Source: an uncultured Planctomycetaceae bacterium (GTDB lineage: Bacteria > Planctomycetota > Planctomycetia > Planctomycetales > Planctomycetaceae). Taken from it: a stretch of 64,000 nt of DNA. Where the stretch lies: the NCBI GenBank assembly GCA_963976765.1, contig CAXBME010000003.1, positions 248,001 to 312,000 on the forward strand, in the 5' to 3' direction. The notes beneath the pieces were generated by a model, which was not told the origin of the DNA, searched no databases, and was given only the letters and a program-made list of their open reading frames with translations. The position numbers and the translations under genes are program-made. Positions 48,458-58,655 of the stretch are shown here, one piece after another; position 1 is the stretch's first letter, and each line of letters opens with the position of its first letter.

Positions 48458-49765
48458 ATGCGAGTTTCAGAATTCTCCGCAACAACGTTTCTGCTGACGG
48501 TCACGGTCGCTGCATTCACCATACTGCCCGGCTGTCAGAACGAAGCCGCGACGGACTCAAGCATTCCGCAGGTACCGACGGCTGCCACTTCCGGGACTGA
48601 CGGAAGCACGGCTGATTCTGCTGGTGAAAATGCGACAACGGCGTCAGGCACTGATTACCCCGGAACAGAAGCGTCCGGAAAGTCAATACAAAGTCCCACT
48701 GCGGGCCGCGCGTTGATTTCGGAAGAGCCGAACGTTGATCGACCGACCGGCATGGTCTGGATTCCGGGCGGAAAATTCAGAATGGGCGGCTCCGATGGTT
48801 TCCCGGACGAGCTGCCAGTTCACGAAGTTGAACTGGACGGTTTCTGGATGGACTCAACGGAAGTCACCGTCGCCGAATTTAAGCGTTTTGCAGACGCGAC
48901 GGGCTACATCACCGTGGCAGAGCGTAAACCCAAACGAGAAGACTTCGCCGATCAGCTCACGCCAGAACAGATGGCGGCAATCCCGGAAGAAGTGCTCGTT
49001 CCCGGTTCCATTTGCTTTAACCCTGATTTCGACCGTCAAACATTTCCTGAAGGTCGGCGTCCAACTCCTGCCGAGATCTACCTCGTCTGGATGTATAAAC
49101 GAGGAGCTAACTGGCGACATCCAGACGGACCGGATTCGGACATTGAAGATCGGATGGACCAGCCAATCACACACGTCTCGTGGTCAGACTGTGTCGCCTA
49201 TTGCGAATGGGCAGGAAAACGTCTTCCGACAGAAGCCGAATGGGAGTACGCCGCTCGCGGGGGACGCGATCAGGAAATGTATCCCTGGGGCAACGAACGT
49301 GAACCTGGCGGGCGCTGGATGACAAATATCTGGCAGGGCGAGTGGCCTTTTAAGAACCTCAATCAGGATGGTCACGAGAAAACGTCACCGGTCGCCAGCT
49401 ACGAAGCCAACGGCTTCGGACTCTACGACATGTCAGGCAACGTCTGGGAGTGGTGCCACGACTGGTATCGTCCCGACTATTACGAAAACAGCCCGACTCG
49501 AAACCCGTTTGGCCCGGTCGACAGTCTCGACCCGAATGAGCCCAACATTCCCAAACGCGTCCAACGGGGCGGCTCGTTCATGTGCAACGCCAACTACTGC
49601 ACCGGCTACCGGGTTGCCGCTCGAATGAAAGGCGACATCATGTCAGGCACCTGGCACTGCGGATTCCGCACGGTGCTAAGCCCGATCAGCTACGAAAAAT
49701 TTCGCCAGGCTCCAGGTGCCCGCGTCCGCTCAAACGCCTCGAAAGCGGCAACGGTCGGCAACTGA
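48458..49765 (+). CDS. Formylglycine-generating enzyme (SUMF1 family), lipoprotein
   Basis: Lipobox ILPGC; RLPTEAEWEYAARGG, YDMSGNVWEW, RGGSFMCNANYCTGYR. Confidence 0.9.
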   Translation: MRVSEFSATTFLLTVTVAAFTILPGCQNEAATDSSIPQVPTAATSGTDGSTADSAGENATTASGTDYPGTEASGKSIQSPTAGRALISEEPNVDRPTGMVWIPGGKFRMGGSDGFPDELPVHEVELDGFWMDSTEVTVAEFKRFADATGYITVAERKPKREDFADQLTPEQMAAIPEEVLVPGSICFNPDFDRQTFPEGRRPTPAEIYLVWMYKRGANWRHPDGPDSDIEDRMDQPITHVSWSDCVAYCEWAGKRLPTEAEWEYAARGGRDQEMYPWGNEREPGGRWMTNIWQGEWPFKNLNQDGHEKTSPVASYEANGFGLYDMSGNVWEWCHDWYRPDYYENSPTRNPFGPVDSLDPNEPNIPKRVQRGGSFMCNANYCTGYRVAARMKGDIMSGTWHCGFRTVLSPISYEKFRQAPGARVRSNASKAATVGN

Positions 49766-49779
49766 ATCGACCGCTCCTG

Positions 49780-50439
49780 TCAGACGACGGTCAGTCCTTC
49801 GCGGATGGCGTATCGGCAAAGTTCTACCCGGTCGTGAATTCCGAGGCGGTGCATGATCCGGTATTTGTGGCTGTCGATCGACTTTTCGGACCGCCCTAGA
49901 ATCCGGGCAATTTCTTTAACACTTTCGCCACGTGCCAGATGCCGCAGAATCGTCAGCTGTTGAACACTCAAGCCGCAAAGCATACTGTCGGCTCGTACGG
50001 TGTAGCGGCCTGATACCGAATCCCAGGTTAACCGGTCTCGCACGGCATCTGAAAAAACGTACTCGCCTGCGTGCAGTCGCTTGATTGCAGCACAAACTTC
50101 GGCTGACGGCTCATCTTTCAGGAGATAGCCGCCCACATCCATCCGGATAGCCTGCGACACAAATACGTCAGAAAGGTGTGCGGTCAAAAATGCCATCCGA
50201 GTTGACGGCAGCCGCTTCATCAGTTGCGGCATGACATCGAACGAGTCGCGCCCAGGAAAATCCACGTCAAACAAGGCAACGTCGGGCCGAGTTCGCAGGA
50301 CAATTTCAGCACCTTCGTCCACCGCAGTGGCAGTTCCAACGACGGTAAAATCCGGTAGCAGATCGAGCAACGCCGACAGAGACTCGACGATGACTCGGTG
50401 GTCATCAACAACGACCACTCGGATTGGGGGTTGATCCAC
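49780..50439 (-). CDS. NarL/LuxR family response regulator
   Basis: VDDH, PDVALFD, GYLLK; HTH GESVKEIA...DSHKYRIM; no adjacent kinase. Confidence 0.92.
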   Translation of the reverse strand: MDQPPIRVVVVDDHRVIVESLSALLDLLPDFTVVGTATAVDEGAEIVLRTRPDVALFDVDFPGRDSFDVMPQLMKRLPSTRMAFLTAHLSDVFVSQAIRMDVGGYLLKDEPSAEVCAAIKRLHAGEYVFSDAVRDRLTWDSVSGRYTVRADSMLCGLSVQQLTILRHLARGESVKEIARILGRSEKSIDSHKYRIMHRLGIHDRVELCRYAIREGLTVV

Positions 50440-50717
50440 GACAATTCTCCTTCTTCAGCCTCTGGCCCGCTGGCTTACGCGAAGTTCTGCCCAACCCGCC
50501 GAATAAATACACTCTGGTAATGAGTTCTCAGAATCACTACGCCCACAAAGTGACACTGCATGATCAATCGCGTGTATAGTGAAACCAGACGATCACCTCA
50601 ACGCGGTTCCTCACAAACAACTGAATTCTGTCGAAGATCCGACAACAGAAATCTGCCATCCAACAAACGATCTGACAACGTTCGCCAAGGAAGCTTCTCA
50701 CTTGTCCGAAACAGTAC

Positions 50718-52154
50718 TCAAGCGAGAATTCCGTCAATTAAATGACCGTGGACGTCCGTCAGACGCATGTCTCGTCCGCTGAATCGATACGTCAGCTTCG
50801 TATGGTCAACGCCGAGCAGATACAGCATCGTCGCGTGCAGGTCGTGAACCTCGACTCGATTCTCAACGACCTTATAACCGAACTCATCCGTCGCTCCGTA
50901 GGTGATCCCACCTTTTATACCACCACCGGCCATCCAGATTGAAAATCCATATGGATTATGGTCTCGGCCATTCGTCCCCTGAGCAAACGGGGTCCGCCCG
51001 AACTCGCCCGACCAGATAACCAAAGTGGACTCCAGCAATCCTCGCTGCTTGAGATCCGCCAGCAACGCTGCGATGGGCTTGTCGACACTCCTCGCATTCT
51101 TTGAATGGCCATCAACAAGGCCACCATGTTGATCCCAACGGTCTCCATTTCCACTGGGGCAGGTTAACTCGATAAATCTCACGCCGCGTTCGACCAGCCG
51201 CCGAGCGATCAGGCAGCTTCGCCCGAACGTCTGCGTGTTCTTGAACTCGTCTTCCAGTCCGTATGCCTGAATCGTCTCTTTCGTTTCCGAAGCGACGTCC
51301 ATCAGATCCGGAACAGCCGTCTGCATCCGAGCCGCCAGTTCGTAGTTGGCGATGGCCGATTCAAGTTTGTCAGCCTTCCCGTACCGCTCCAGGACACGAC
51401 CGTCCAGACGTTTCATTAAAGCGAGCTTTCGTTGCTGCAGCTCCGCCGTTTTCTCAGTCCGTTGAATGTTCGAAACCGGCGGATCCTGTGCGGCGAAAAC
51501 CGATCCCTGGTAACTAGCCGGAAGAAATCCGCTGTTAAAATTGTCCAGCCCGCCCGGGGGAATCAAACCGCTGTTCAGAATGACGAAACCAGGCAACTCC
51601 TGGCACTCACTGCCGAGTCCGTAGCCGACCCACGACCCCATACTCGGTCGGCCCTGCTGCCCGTGTCCGGTGTGCAGGAAGTAGTTCGCGTTTGTGTGTT
51701 CAGGAAACTGCGAAACCATCGACCGAATCACGGCCATATCGTCGACATGCTGGCCAACGTACGGAAACAGGTCGCTGACCGGAGTGCCGCTCTTGCCGTA
51801 GTTCTTAAATTTCCACGGACTGGCCAGCGAATTTCCAATGTTGTTGAACTGAGTTTTTTCAATCTTCGATGGAAACGGCTTTCCGTTCTGTCGGTCCAGT
51901 TCAGGCTTTGGATCAAACGAGTCAACCTGCGAAACGCCGCCGTCCATGTAGAGAAAGATTATGTTTCGCGCTTTCGGCTCGAAGTGCGTCCCCTGAGTGA
52001 CCGATGTTCCTTCGCCATCGATCGCAGCGTTCGCTGCCCGTTCCCCGTCGGCCATCATGGCGGCGAATGCGACTGCACCAAATCCATTGGCACATTGACT
52101 CAACATCTCTCGGCGACTGAGCGGCGGAGCAACGAAGTTTCGGCAATGACTCAT
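50718..52154 (-). CDS. DUF1501 domain protein (Tat leader)
   Basis: SRREML, IFLYMDGGVSQVDSFDPKP, ARRLVERGVRF, WDQH, GEFGRTP, GRDHNP. Confidence 0.92.
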   Translation of the reverse strand: MSHCRNFVAPPLSRREMLSQCANGFGAVAFAAMMADGERAANAAIDGEGTSVTQGTHFEPKARNIIFLYMDGGVSQVDSFDPKPELDRQNGKPFPSKIEKTQFNNIGNSLASPWKFKNYGKSGTPVSDLFPYVGQHVDDMAVIRSMVSQFPEHTNANYFLHTGHGQQGRPSMGSWVGYGLGSECQELPGFVILNSGLIPPGGLDNFNSGFLPASYQGSVFAAQDPPVSNIQRTEKTAELQQRKLALMKRLDGRVLERYGKADKLESAIANYELAARMQTAVPDLMDVASETKETIQAYGLEDEFKNTQTFGRSCLIARRLVERGVRFIELTCPSGNGDRWDQHGGLVDGHSKNARSVDKPIAALLADLKQRGLLESTLVIWSGEFGRTPFAQGTNGRDHNPYGFSIWMAGGGIKGGITYGATDEFGYKVVENRVEVHDLHATMLYLLGVDHTKLTYRFSGRDMRLTDVHGHLIDGILA

Positions 52155-52365
52155 GATCGCTTTCTCAATTCAGTTTCCGGGTCTCTAAAAATGAACGCCG
52201 AACCTGCACGCAAAGTGCGTCCTGCAAAACTTCCAGGACTCAAGTCTATCCTTCGCAACGGCGTCAGGAATCTGCAGGTTGATATTCTGCGCCCACAACC
52301 TCAGCGATGCAAAGCGGGCTTACATTTCTCAAGCCTGGACTTTCGAGTTCCGATGAACCAGTGAT

Positions 52366-52827
52366 TCAATCCGGTGGCTGTGGAGCAGTCGCAAATTGAA
52401 TGTTGTCGAAGCCTGCCGAGCGACACGTGTCGTAAATGTCGACAAAGTCGCCGACCGGCACGCTCTGGCCGATGTCAAGAATCACCGGAATTTCGGGAGC
52501 GATACTGGCAAGTTCTCGCAGAGTTCCTCGCAGCCGATTCCAGTCTTCGTAGACCTGGCTGTTGACCTCGGCAGTCGTGACTGCCCCCTCGCCTGCTCCA
52601 CGTCTAACCAGTCGGACCCAGACTTCCCCCAAAGGTTTCGGAGCCTCGATCGAATCGGCGGCCTCAATCGAACCAGCGGCTAACGGAGTCGGCAACGTTG
52701 ATTCCCGAATCTGGCCGATCGACGCACAAACAAAAAAGATCAGCAGCAGAAACACCACATCGATCATCGGCGTCATGAACGAGTCGTCAGCCTCTCGACT
52801 ATGCTGATGTGAAACCGGAATTCGCAT
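52366..52827 (-). CDS. exbD: Biopolymer transporter ExbD/TolR
   Basis: MTPMIDVVFLLLIFF. Confidence 0.9.
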   Translation of the reverse strand: MRIPVSHQHSREADDSFMTPMIDVVFLLLIFFVCASIGQIRESTLPTPLAAGSIEAADSIEAPKPLGEVWVRLVRRGAGEGAVTTAEVNSQVYEDWNRLRGTLRELASIAPEIPVILDIGQSVPVGDFVDIYDTCRSAGFDNIQFATAPQPPD

Positions 52828-52869
52828 TCGAATTTCTCTAAACAGGCTGCAAGTCAGGCGGTGCCTGAC

Positions 52870-53292
52870 CTACGGCGATTTCGGCAGCACGGCGAAACCG
52901 ACACGAGTCACACCGAACTGTGCACAGGCCAACAGAATTGGCTCGATCTCCAGGTACGTTGCCGCATGATCTGCTCGAATCCGGACTTCAACCTGGTTGA
53001 GCGATTCCTGAGCCGCCGAAAGAATCAACTGCTCAACCTGCGGCAGCAGAACCCGACGGCTTCCTATCCACATCGATCGATCCGCCATCACGGTAATGAC
53101 AATCCGGAGCGGTGATTCTTCGTCGTCACCTGCCGGATCAGTGACTTCTGGAAGTTCGACAGGCTCCACTGCCTCGCTGCGAGCGACGTGGCTGGCGACC
53201 AGAAAAAAAATGATGAGCAGAAAAACAATGTCAATCAGCGAGGTCACGTTGAAACTGACCGACCGTGACCGAGTCATGCTGGGGGGCTTCAT
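52870..53292 (-). CDS. exbD: Biopolymer transporter ExbD/TolR
   Basis: NVTSLIDIVFLLIIFF, IRAD. Confidence 0.9.
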   Translation of the reverse strand: MKPPSMTRSRSVSFNVTSLIDIVFLLIIFFLVASHVARSEAVEPVELPEVTDPAGDDEESPLRIVITVMADRSMWIGSRRVLLPQVEQLILSAAQESLNQVEVRIRADHAATYLEIEPILLACAQFGVTRVGFAVLPKSP

Positions 53293-54176
53293 GTCTGAGT
53301 CCCTCGCTCCATTGCCACCGACTGAACTCGCGGTGCAGCCGGCTCGCGTGGTGACGACTCAACGGCTCGCTCCTGCTTTGATCCTTTTCGTTCTCGTCGG
53401 GCCTGATCGCGTCGAAAATCTGCAAAAACGTGCTCTGCTGTCAACGACGCTTCCGCAACCAGTTCGTCGATCCGGTTTCGAAAGATGGCAAAGCTGGCAA
53501 ACGCCGGCACGGCCACAGTCAACCCGAGCATCGTTGTCACCAGCGCGCGATAGATGCCCGGCGCAAGTTCTGACACGGCGGGATTTGCCTTCGCCTCAAA
53601 TTCCATGAACGCCGTAATCATGCCCCAGACTGTTCCCAGCAGACCAAGCATCGGAGCCAGCGTTCCGATCAGATGCAGATACTCGATCTTTCGAAACATT
53701 CGCGCCGCCTGCTCGGTCGCCGTATCCTCCATCGATTTCTCGACATCCTGATAGCCCAGTTCGATCACCGAGAGCCCGGAAGCCAGCACATTGGAAAGGA
53801 AGCACGGCTGCAACGAACACTGCTGTCTGGCGTCTTCAATTTTCCGCTCGGACAAATGCTGATGCACGGCTTCGGCCAGTTCGGCAGGAATCAGAGTTCC
53901 GCGACGAATACTCAGCAAATGTTCGACCATCAGGTAGACCATCGACAGGCTGAGTGCAAATATCAGTCCCCCAACCAGCCCGCCTGTGCGTACCAGATCG
54001 AAAAAACCGGTATCGGCGCTGGCCGAAGTTGCTGCTCCATTGCCGTCCGCAAACGCCGGGCCGACCAACATGCCGAGCACTACCAACATCACCAACGGAG
54101 TCGCCAACACTCGAATCATCGAGCTGGCCGATCTTCCGCGTTCGACTGCAACCTGTTTATCCCGTCCGTGAAGCAT
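53289..54176 (-). CDS. exbB: MotA/TolQ/ExbB proton channel (start uncertain)
   Basis: APMLGLLGTVWGMI.AF, LAPGIYRALVTTMLGLTVAVP. Confidence 0.92.
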   Translation of the reverse strand: MLHGRDKQVAVERGRSASSMIRVLATPLVMLVVLGMLVGPAFADGNGAATSASADTGFFDLVRTGGLVGGLIFALSLSMVYLMVEHLLSIRRGTLIPAELAEAVHQHLSERKIEDARQQCSLQPCFLSNVLASGLSVIELGYQDVEKSMEDTATEQAARMFRKIEYLHLIGTLAPMLGLLGTVWGMITAFMEFEAKANPAVSELAPGIYRALVTTMLGLTVAVPAFASFAIFRNRIDELVAEASLTAEHVFADFRRDQARRERKGSKQERAVESSPREPAAPRVQSVAMERGTQT

Positions 54177-54823
54177 CACGATTCCATCCTGAATTCGTGC
54201 CAGAAGCATGTCTGGCGAGGTATGCCAGAAAGAGTCAATGTCGCGGAGTTTAGGCCGGCACTCAATCTGGCGAAATCCCTGTCTGCGGCGACAAGCCGCA
54301 ACCATAATCGCTTCTCAGGCAGAACGGTTCGCCAGAACACCCCAAAGCCCCCAGGCAACTTTTTCACTCGCCCCCACGCTCGTTCGAACCTTCGCTTCTC
54401 GCTGGGCAATGCTGCTCTCTGCTGATCTCTCGAAAGTTCAACCTCAGGGCGGTCGTATGAAATTCATCCATCAAGGACATTTCTCGCTGCGCTGGAGAAC
54501 CGATGCAACGCTCTGAAGTATCACAGCACGACGGATCGCTCGAGGCTCCCTGAGGCGCATGTCCAAAAGTCGTGGCATCAGGATGGAGCAATTTGAGCCC
54601 GACGCCGAACTGAAACACAATCGTGACGGATCCACTCATCGATTGCGGAACGTCCTGCTAACTAACCGTAGCGACTACGCTGGTAGCCTTACCTGGTATG
54701 AGAGACTTCCCTCACCCCGTTGGAAAACGACAGGCACGAGAAAGTCTATCACTGCGGCAGCTCATAACTGGTGGCCACTGGAAGCCAGCCGAGTCGGCTC
54801 ATTCTGCTGAGTTGCTCGTAGGC

Positions 54824-56227
54824 TTACGGCCAGATGCCGCGCTCCAGCGTGACGCGCGACACTCGCTCAATGGCCAGTGCCAGTGCTGCTGTTCGCAGGT
54901 CGATGCTCGTCTCATTTGACGAGACGGTTTCGTCGTCCTCGACTGCCGAGTCGCTGGTGACTGTCTGCTGAAAATGCTGCCAGTGATTAACGACCGAATC
55001 CACGGCTGATCGCATGCGTCGACGAAGCTTTGCATTGACTTCTTCCAGCTCCCATCGCTGGTACTCGATGTTCTGAACCCATTCGAAATAGCTGACGGTT
55101 ACGCCACCGGCGTTGGCGAGAATGTCCGGCAGGACGGGAATTCCACGGGCAGTGAGGATCCGGTCAGCAGCGGGCGTCGTCGGGCCGTTCGCAGCTTCGA
55201 CAATCAGGCGTGCCTGAATCTGGTCGACATTGTCGCGCCGAATCTGATTCTCAAGTGCCGCTGGAATCAGAACATCGCATTTCAGCTCCAACAGATCACT
55301 GTTCGTAATGGTCTTGCTGCCGGGCAGTCCGACGACCGTCCCGTGTTCCTCCTTGAAGGCGGAAACCGCTGCGATGTCGAGCCCCTTGCCCAGGAATATG
55401 CCGCCCTGTGAATCGCTGACAGCAATGATTCGAGCGCCGACTTCAGCAAACAGTTTCGCAGCGACGGAGCCAGCATTGCCGAAACCCTGCACGGCAACAC
55501 TGGCACCGCAAAGTGAGTTCAGATCGGTGATGACTGCTCGCTCCAGGAAGCGTTCCGCCGCAAAGAGACAACCCCGTCCCGTGGCCTCGTCTCGACCGTA
55601 TGAACCACCAATATCGATCGGCTTGCCAGTGACGACGGGCAGATTGTTCGCACCAGGATGCATGGCCTGGTACGTGTCGTAAATCCACGACATCGTCTGC
55701 GAGTTTGTATAAACGTCCGGCGCCGGGATGTCGATCTGCGGACCAATGTTGTCTCCGAGATCGGCAATAAACCGCCGAGTGATTCGTCGCAGTTCGTTTT
55801 GACTGAGCTGTTTGGGGTCGCAGACAACTCCACCTTTAGCGCCACCGAACGGAATATCGAGCAGTGCACACTTCCAGGTCATCCAGCCGGCAAGCGCGCG
55901 TACTTCATCTTCGCTGACGTCAGGATGGTACCGCACACCGCCCTTGCCGGGTCCCCGAGCACGGTTGTGCAGAACCCGGAAGCCGGTGAAGTTCCTGACC
56001 GAACCATCATCCATCTCGACCGGAAAGCTGACACAGATGGTTTTGTCCGGCGTCTGGAGAAAATCAATGAGTCCGCGTTTCAGGTCAGGAAGAAGAGCAG
56101 TCGCCCGATCGAACTGCTCACGCGCGATCAGATAGGAATTCAGCTCTTCCTCAGACGAAACCGAAACCTCGTGCTTGAATTCAGCCGTTCCCTCTGCCGT
56201 GGAAGCAGAGACTCGTTGTGTGGCCAT
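54824..56227 (-). CDS. gdhA: Glutamate dehydrogenase (Glu/Leu/Phe/Val family)
   Basis: GPGKGGVRY, MTWKCA, GGAKGG, DIPAPD, QGFGNAG, EAANGP, NAGGVTVSYFEW. Confidence 0.95.
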   Translation of the reverse strand: MATQRVSASTAEGTAEFKHEVSVSSEEELNSYLIAREQFDRATALLPDLKRGLIDFLQTPDKTICVSFPVEMDDGSVRNFTGFRVLHNRARGPGKGGVRYHPDVSEDEVRALAGWMTWKCALLDIPFGGAKGGVVCDPKQLSQNELRRITRRFIADLGDNIGPQIDIPAPDVYTNSQTMSWIYDTYQAMHPGANNLPVVTGKPIDIGGSYGRDEATGRGCLFAAERFLERAVITDLNSLCGASVAVQGFGNAGSVAAKLFAEVGARIIAVSDSQGGIFLGKGLDIAAVSAFKEEHGTVVGLPGSKTITNSDLLELKCDVLIPAALENQIRRDNVDQIQARLIVEAANGPTTPAADRILTARGIPVLPDILANAGGVTVSYFEWVQNIEYQRWELEEVNAKLRRRMRSAVDSVVNHWQHFQQTVTSDSAVEDDETVSSNETSIDLRTAALALAIERVSRVTLERGIWP

Positions 56228-56247
56228 TCGTATGACTTCCCTCTGAA

Positions 56248-56799
56248 TCAATTCGCGTGCTCGACGGCCGATGGAATTCGCGGAAGTTCGTCCCGCAGGT
56301 ATTGATGACAGGCGATGCAGGTGGCGTTCAGCTTTTCCGTGACATAGGCAGCGCCTTCAAGATTCTTATCCGCAGCCATCTGCTGCAGTCGCCCAGCAAG
56401 ACGAACGAACTCCAGTTTCAGATGATCGAAGACTTCGTCATTCCTTTTTTTGTCCGGTGTTACTTTGGGCGTACTGAGCGACGTCAGCATGAGGGCTTCA
56501 GCACCAAGTGCGATCTTTTCAAAATCCTTCGTGACAAGGCCTTCGAATACTCTTTGTGAATGGCCAACTTTGGCATGCATGTAGGGCAACATGCTTTTCT
56601 GTAGCGAGGCACCGTCGATCGGAATCTCGACAACATTGCTGTCGGGCTTCTGTTTTCCCTTCGCCTCCGCACTCTCTGCCTGCACGTTCGGAGGCTCTTT
56701 GGCGTGAGACAACGAGACGTCTGTCAGAATCACCTGGTGCATACAAAGGAGAGTGGCGACTCCACAGGCTGACGCGATAGCCAGGCGTGATGGTCTCAT
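56248..56799 (-). CDS. Secreted cytochrome c'-like (class II) protein
   Basis: Signal peptide, helical body, C-terminal CIACH. Confidence 0.75.
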   Translation of the reverse strand: MRPSRLAIASACGVATLLCMHQVILTDVSLSHAKEPPNVQAESAEAKGKQKPDSNVVEIPIDGASLQKSMLPYMHAKVGHSQRVFEGLVTKDFEKIALGAEALMLTSLSTPKVTPDKKRNDEVFDHLKLEFVRLAGRLQQMAADKNLEGAAYVTEKLNATCIACHQYLRDELPRIPSAVEHAN

Positions 56800-56844
56800 A
56801 GCGGATCCTTTCGCTGCCGGAGAAATAGAGATGCCTCACCAGGG

Positions 56845-56860
56845 TGCAACCGCTGTGCCA
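56845..56860 (-). promoter_or_regulatory. Sigma54 (-24/-12) promoter for the cytochrome-gdh unit
   Basis: Minus strand TGGCACAGCGGTTGCA, a full match to TGGCAC-N5-TTGCW, 45 nt upstream of the ATG. Confidence 0.75.
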
Positions 56861-57076
56861 TTACATCACGACTCGGAACCGTGCCCGTCCGCAATAAGTA
56901 AAACGTTGTGGTGACGTCGACCGCCAGGACATTGCCGATTAAGTGAACAATCAGAGTTATGCGGCGTAGCGACGGATTTTCGTTCGGGATCACAGGATCG
57001 ACTCAAGTGATGTGATCATCGCGTGAGATGCTGGTTCCCTGCATTCGATGCGGGATTAATCTTGAGATGCCCCGCT

Positions 57077-57092
57077 CGGCATGCCACTCGCT
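57077..57092 (+). promoter_or_regulatory. Candidate sigma54 promoter
   Basis: CGGCATGCCACTCGCT (GG-N10-GC) upstream of 57156. Confidence 0.5.
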
Positions 57093-57155
57093 CAGCCTCC
57101 GACCTGCCTCGCGAAGGCGAGTAAACCAGCAGCGATCGTTCTCAGGAGAAGCTTC

Positions 57156-57647
57156 ATGCTAAAACGTCTTTCATGGAAACCAGCTTGTGCGGCAGTGGCT
57201 CTGGCCAGCATCCTGTCATTTCACTATTCGACCGCCGCCGAGAAGTATCCGCCTCCGGCGAGTCATTCGCTCGACGTCGACAACGACGCTGGAAAATCGT
57301 TTATGCATGCAAAACTGCTGGCAGCTCATCAGGTGGTGGACGGGCTGGCTTACGAAGACTTTACGAGAATTGAACGTGGCGCCGACGAGCTGCTGCGGAT
57401 GACGGAGCTAGCATCCTGGAAAGTCCGGCGCGACCCCGTCTATATGCACTACTCCAGCGATTTCGAAAGCACGGCGTTACGACTTCGCGATGCAGCACGA
57501 GCCCGCAGTACTGAGAAAGCAACGTTCGCATACATGCACCTGACGGTATCGTGCACGGCCTGCCATCAGCACGTGCGGAAAGTCGTCCGGATTGCTCCAG
57601 AAACCGAAGCCAGTGTTGCGCCGGCGAACCGGACTCTCATTCGTTGA
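57156..57647 (+). CDS. Secreted cytochrome c'-like (class II) protein
   Basis: AGGAGA RBS, signal peptide, FMHAKL, C-terminal CTACH; similar to 56248..56799. Confidence 0.78.
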   Translation: MLKRLSWKPACAAVALASILSFHYSTAAEKYPPPASHSLDVDNDAGKSFMHAKLLAAHQVVDGLAYEDFTRIERGADELLRMTELASWKVRRDPVYMHYSSDFESTALRLRDAARARSTEKATFAYMHLTVSCTACHQHVRKVVRIAPETEASVAPANRTLIR

Positions 57648-57712
57648 AAAGCACGTCTGCTGCAACTGTATTTTTCCGCTTTCGGAATTTGAACGAGAAA
57701 GAGTGGTGTGTG

Positions 57713-57940
57713 ATGTCCACAGCCACCCGACCACGTATCCCTAACACATTGCCACAGGCGATACCGGATCGGCTCACTTCGGACAGGTAAGCAAAGCCGT
57801 ACGTCGGAATCCTCTTCACGTTGCTGGCGATGATGCTTGTGTTCGCGCTGATCGTTCTGGCGACGATGTTGACCTCGATGCAGACTCCCGGCATCCCGAT
57901 CTGGCAGGAATTTCCTCTACAGAACCGGCCAGTTGCATGA
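57713..57940 (+). pseudogene. Small single-TM protein with in-frame TAA
   Basis: MSTATRPRIP...TSDR*AKPYVGILFTLLAMMLVFALIVLATML...PVA*; the stop at 57788-57790 precedes a clear TM in the same frame. Confidence 0.45.
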
Positions 57941-57943
57941 GCG

Positions 57944-58372
57944 ATGCCAGACGCAACTATGTACACGCAGCTGGCCGAGCAGGCACCAGAAGAGTCGATC
58001 ATTCTCACACTCGGCTGCGGCAAGTACCGAATCCGTGATCGCGATTACGGAACTGTCACCGGCTTGCCAAGGTTCCTGGACATGGGGCAGTGCAACGACG
58101 CTTTCGGGGCCGTCCAGGTCGCGCTGGCTCTGTCGAAAGCTTTCGACTGCGGCGTCAACGATTTGCCGCTGGAGATCGTGCTGTCGTGGTTCGAGCAGAA
58201 GACGGTATCCGTGCTGCTCAGTCTGTTCGCGCTCGACGTCAAAGGGATCCGACTGGAGCCCGTGCCGCCAGCGTTTGTTTCTCCAAACGTGTTTGCAATT
58301 CTGCAGCAGAAGTTCGACCTCAAGCTCATAGAGTCCGAACCGCCGGCTGGGCAGGTTCAATTAAGCGTGTAA
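57944..58372 (+). pseudogene. hcp: C-terminal fragment of hybrid cluster protein (hydroxylamine/NO reductase)
   Basis: IILTLGCGKYR...GLPRFLDMGQCNDA...DLPL...SWFEQK...PAFVSPNV; the N-terminal FeS-binding region is absent. Confidence 0.85.
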
Positions 58373-58411
58373 TCGATGCCTGTCTTACCGCCTCAATGCC
58401 CCGTTCCGGAG

Positions 58412-58445
58412 TTCCTCGAACGTTTGTGATCGAGGGGATTTTTTT
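58412..58445 (+). terminator. Intrinsic terminator-like hairpin
   Basis: CCTCGA-loop-TCGAGG followed by GGATTTTTTT. Confidence 0.5.
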
Positions 58446-58475
58446 CTGGTTCACGAGTCCCTTGCGAGCCCCGCA

Positions 58476-58650
58476 ATGCAACAGATTAACGAAGCGAAAC
58501 TGGAAACCGATCCGCAGTACCGGTACGAGTGGCCGAGTTTATAGGATTTGGTCCTGACAACGTGAAGCTGATTCAGGCCGCGGCGCCACACATTGGTCCG
58601 CGCATCGGCCAGCTTGTCGAAAAAACGTACGCGAGGCTGCTGAATACAGG
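58476..58650 (+). pseudogene. Protoglobin-like N-terminal remnant, frameshifted and truncated
   Basis: MQQINEAKLETDPQYRYE /frameshift/ AEFIGFGPDNVKLIQAAAPHIGPRIGQLVEKTYARLL, ending at the convergent usp gene. Confidence 0.7.
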
Positions 58651-58655
58651 ACGCT

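Noticed and set aside
54305..54823. Short ORFs between exbB and gdh
   Set aside because: No recognisable motif or convincing RBS; treated as intergenic.
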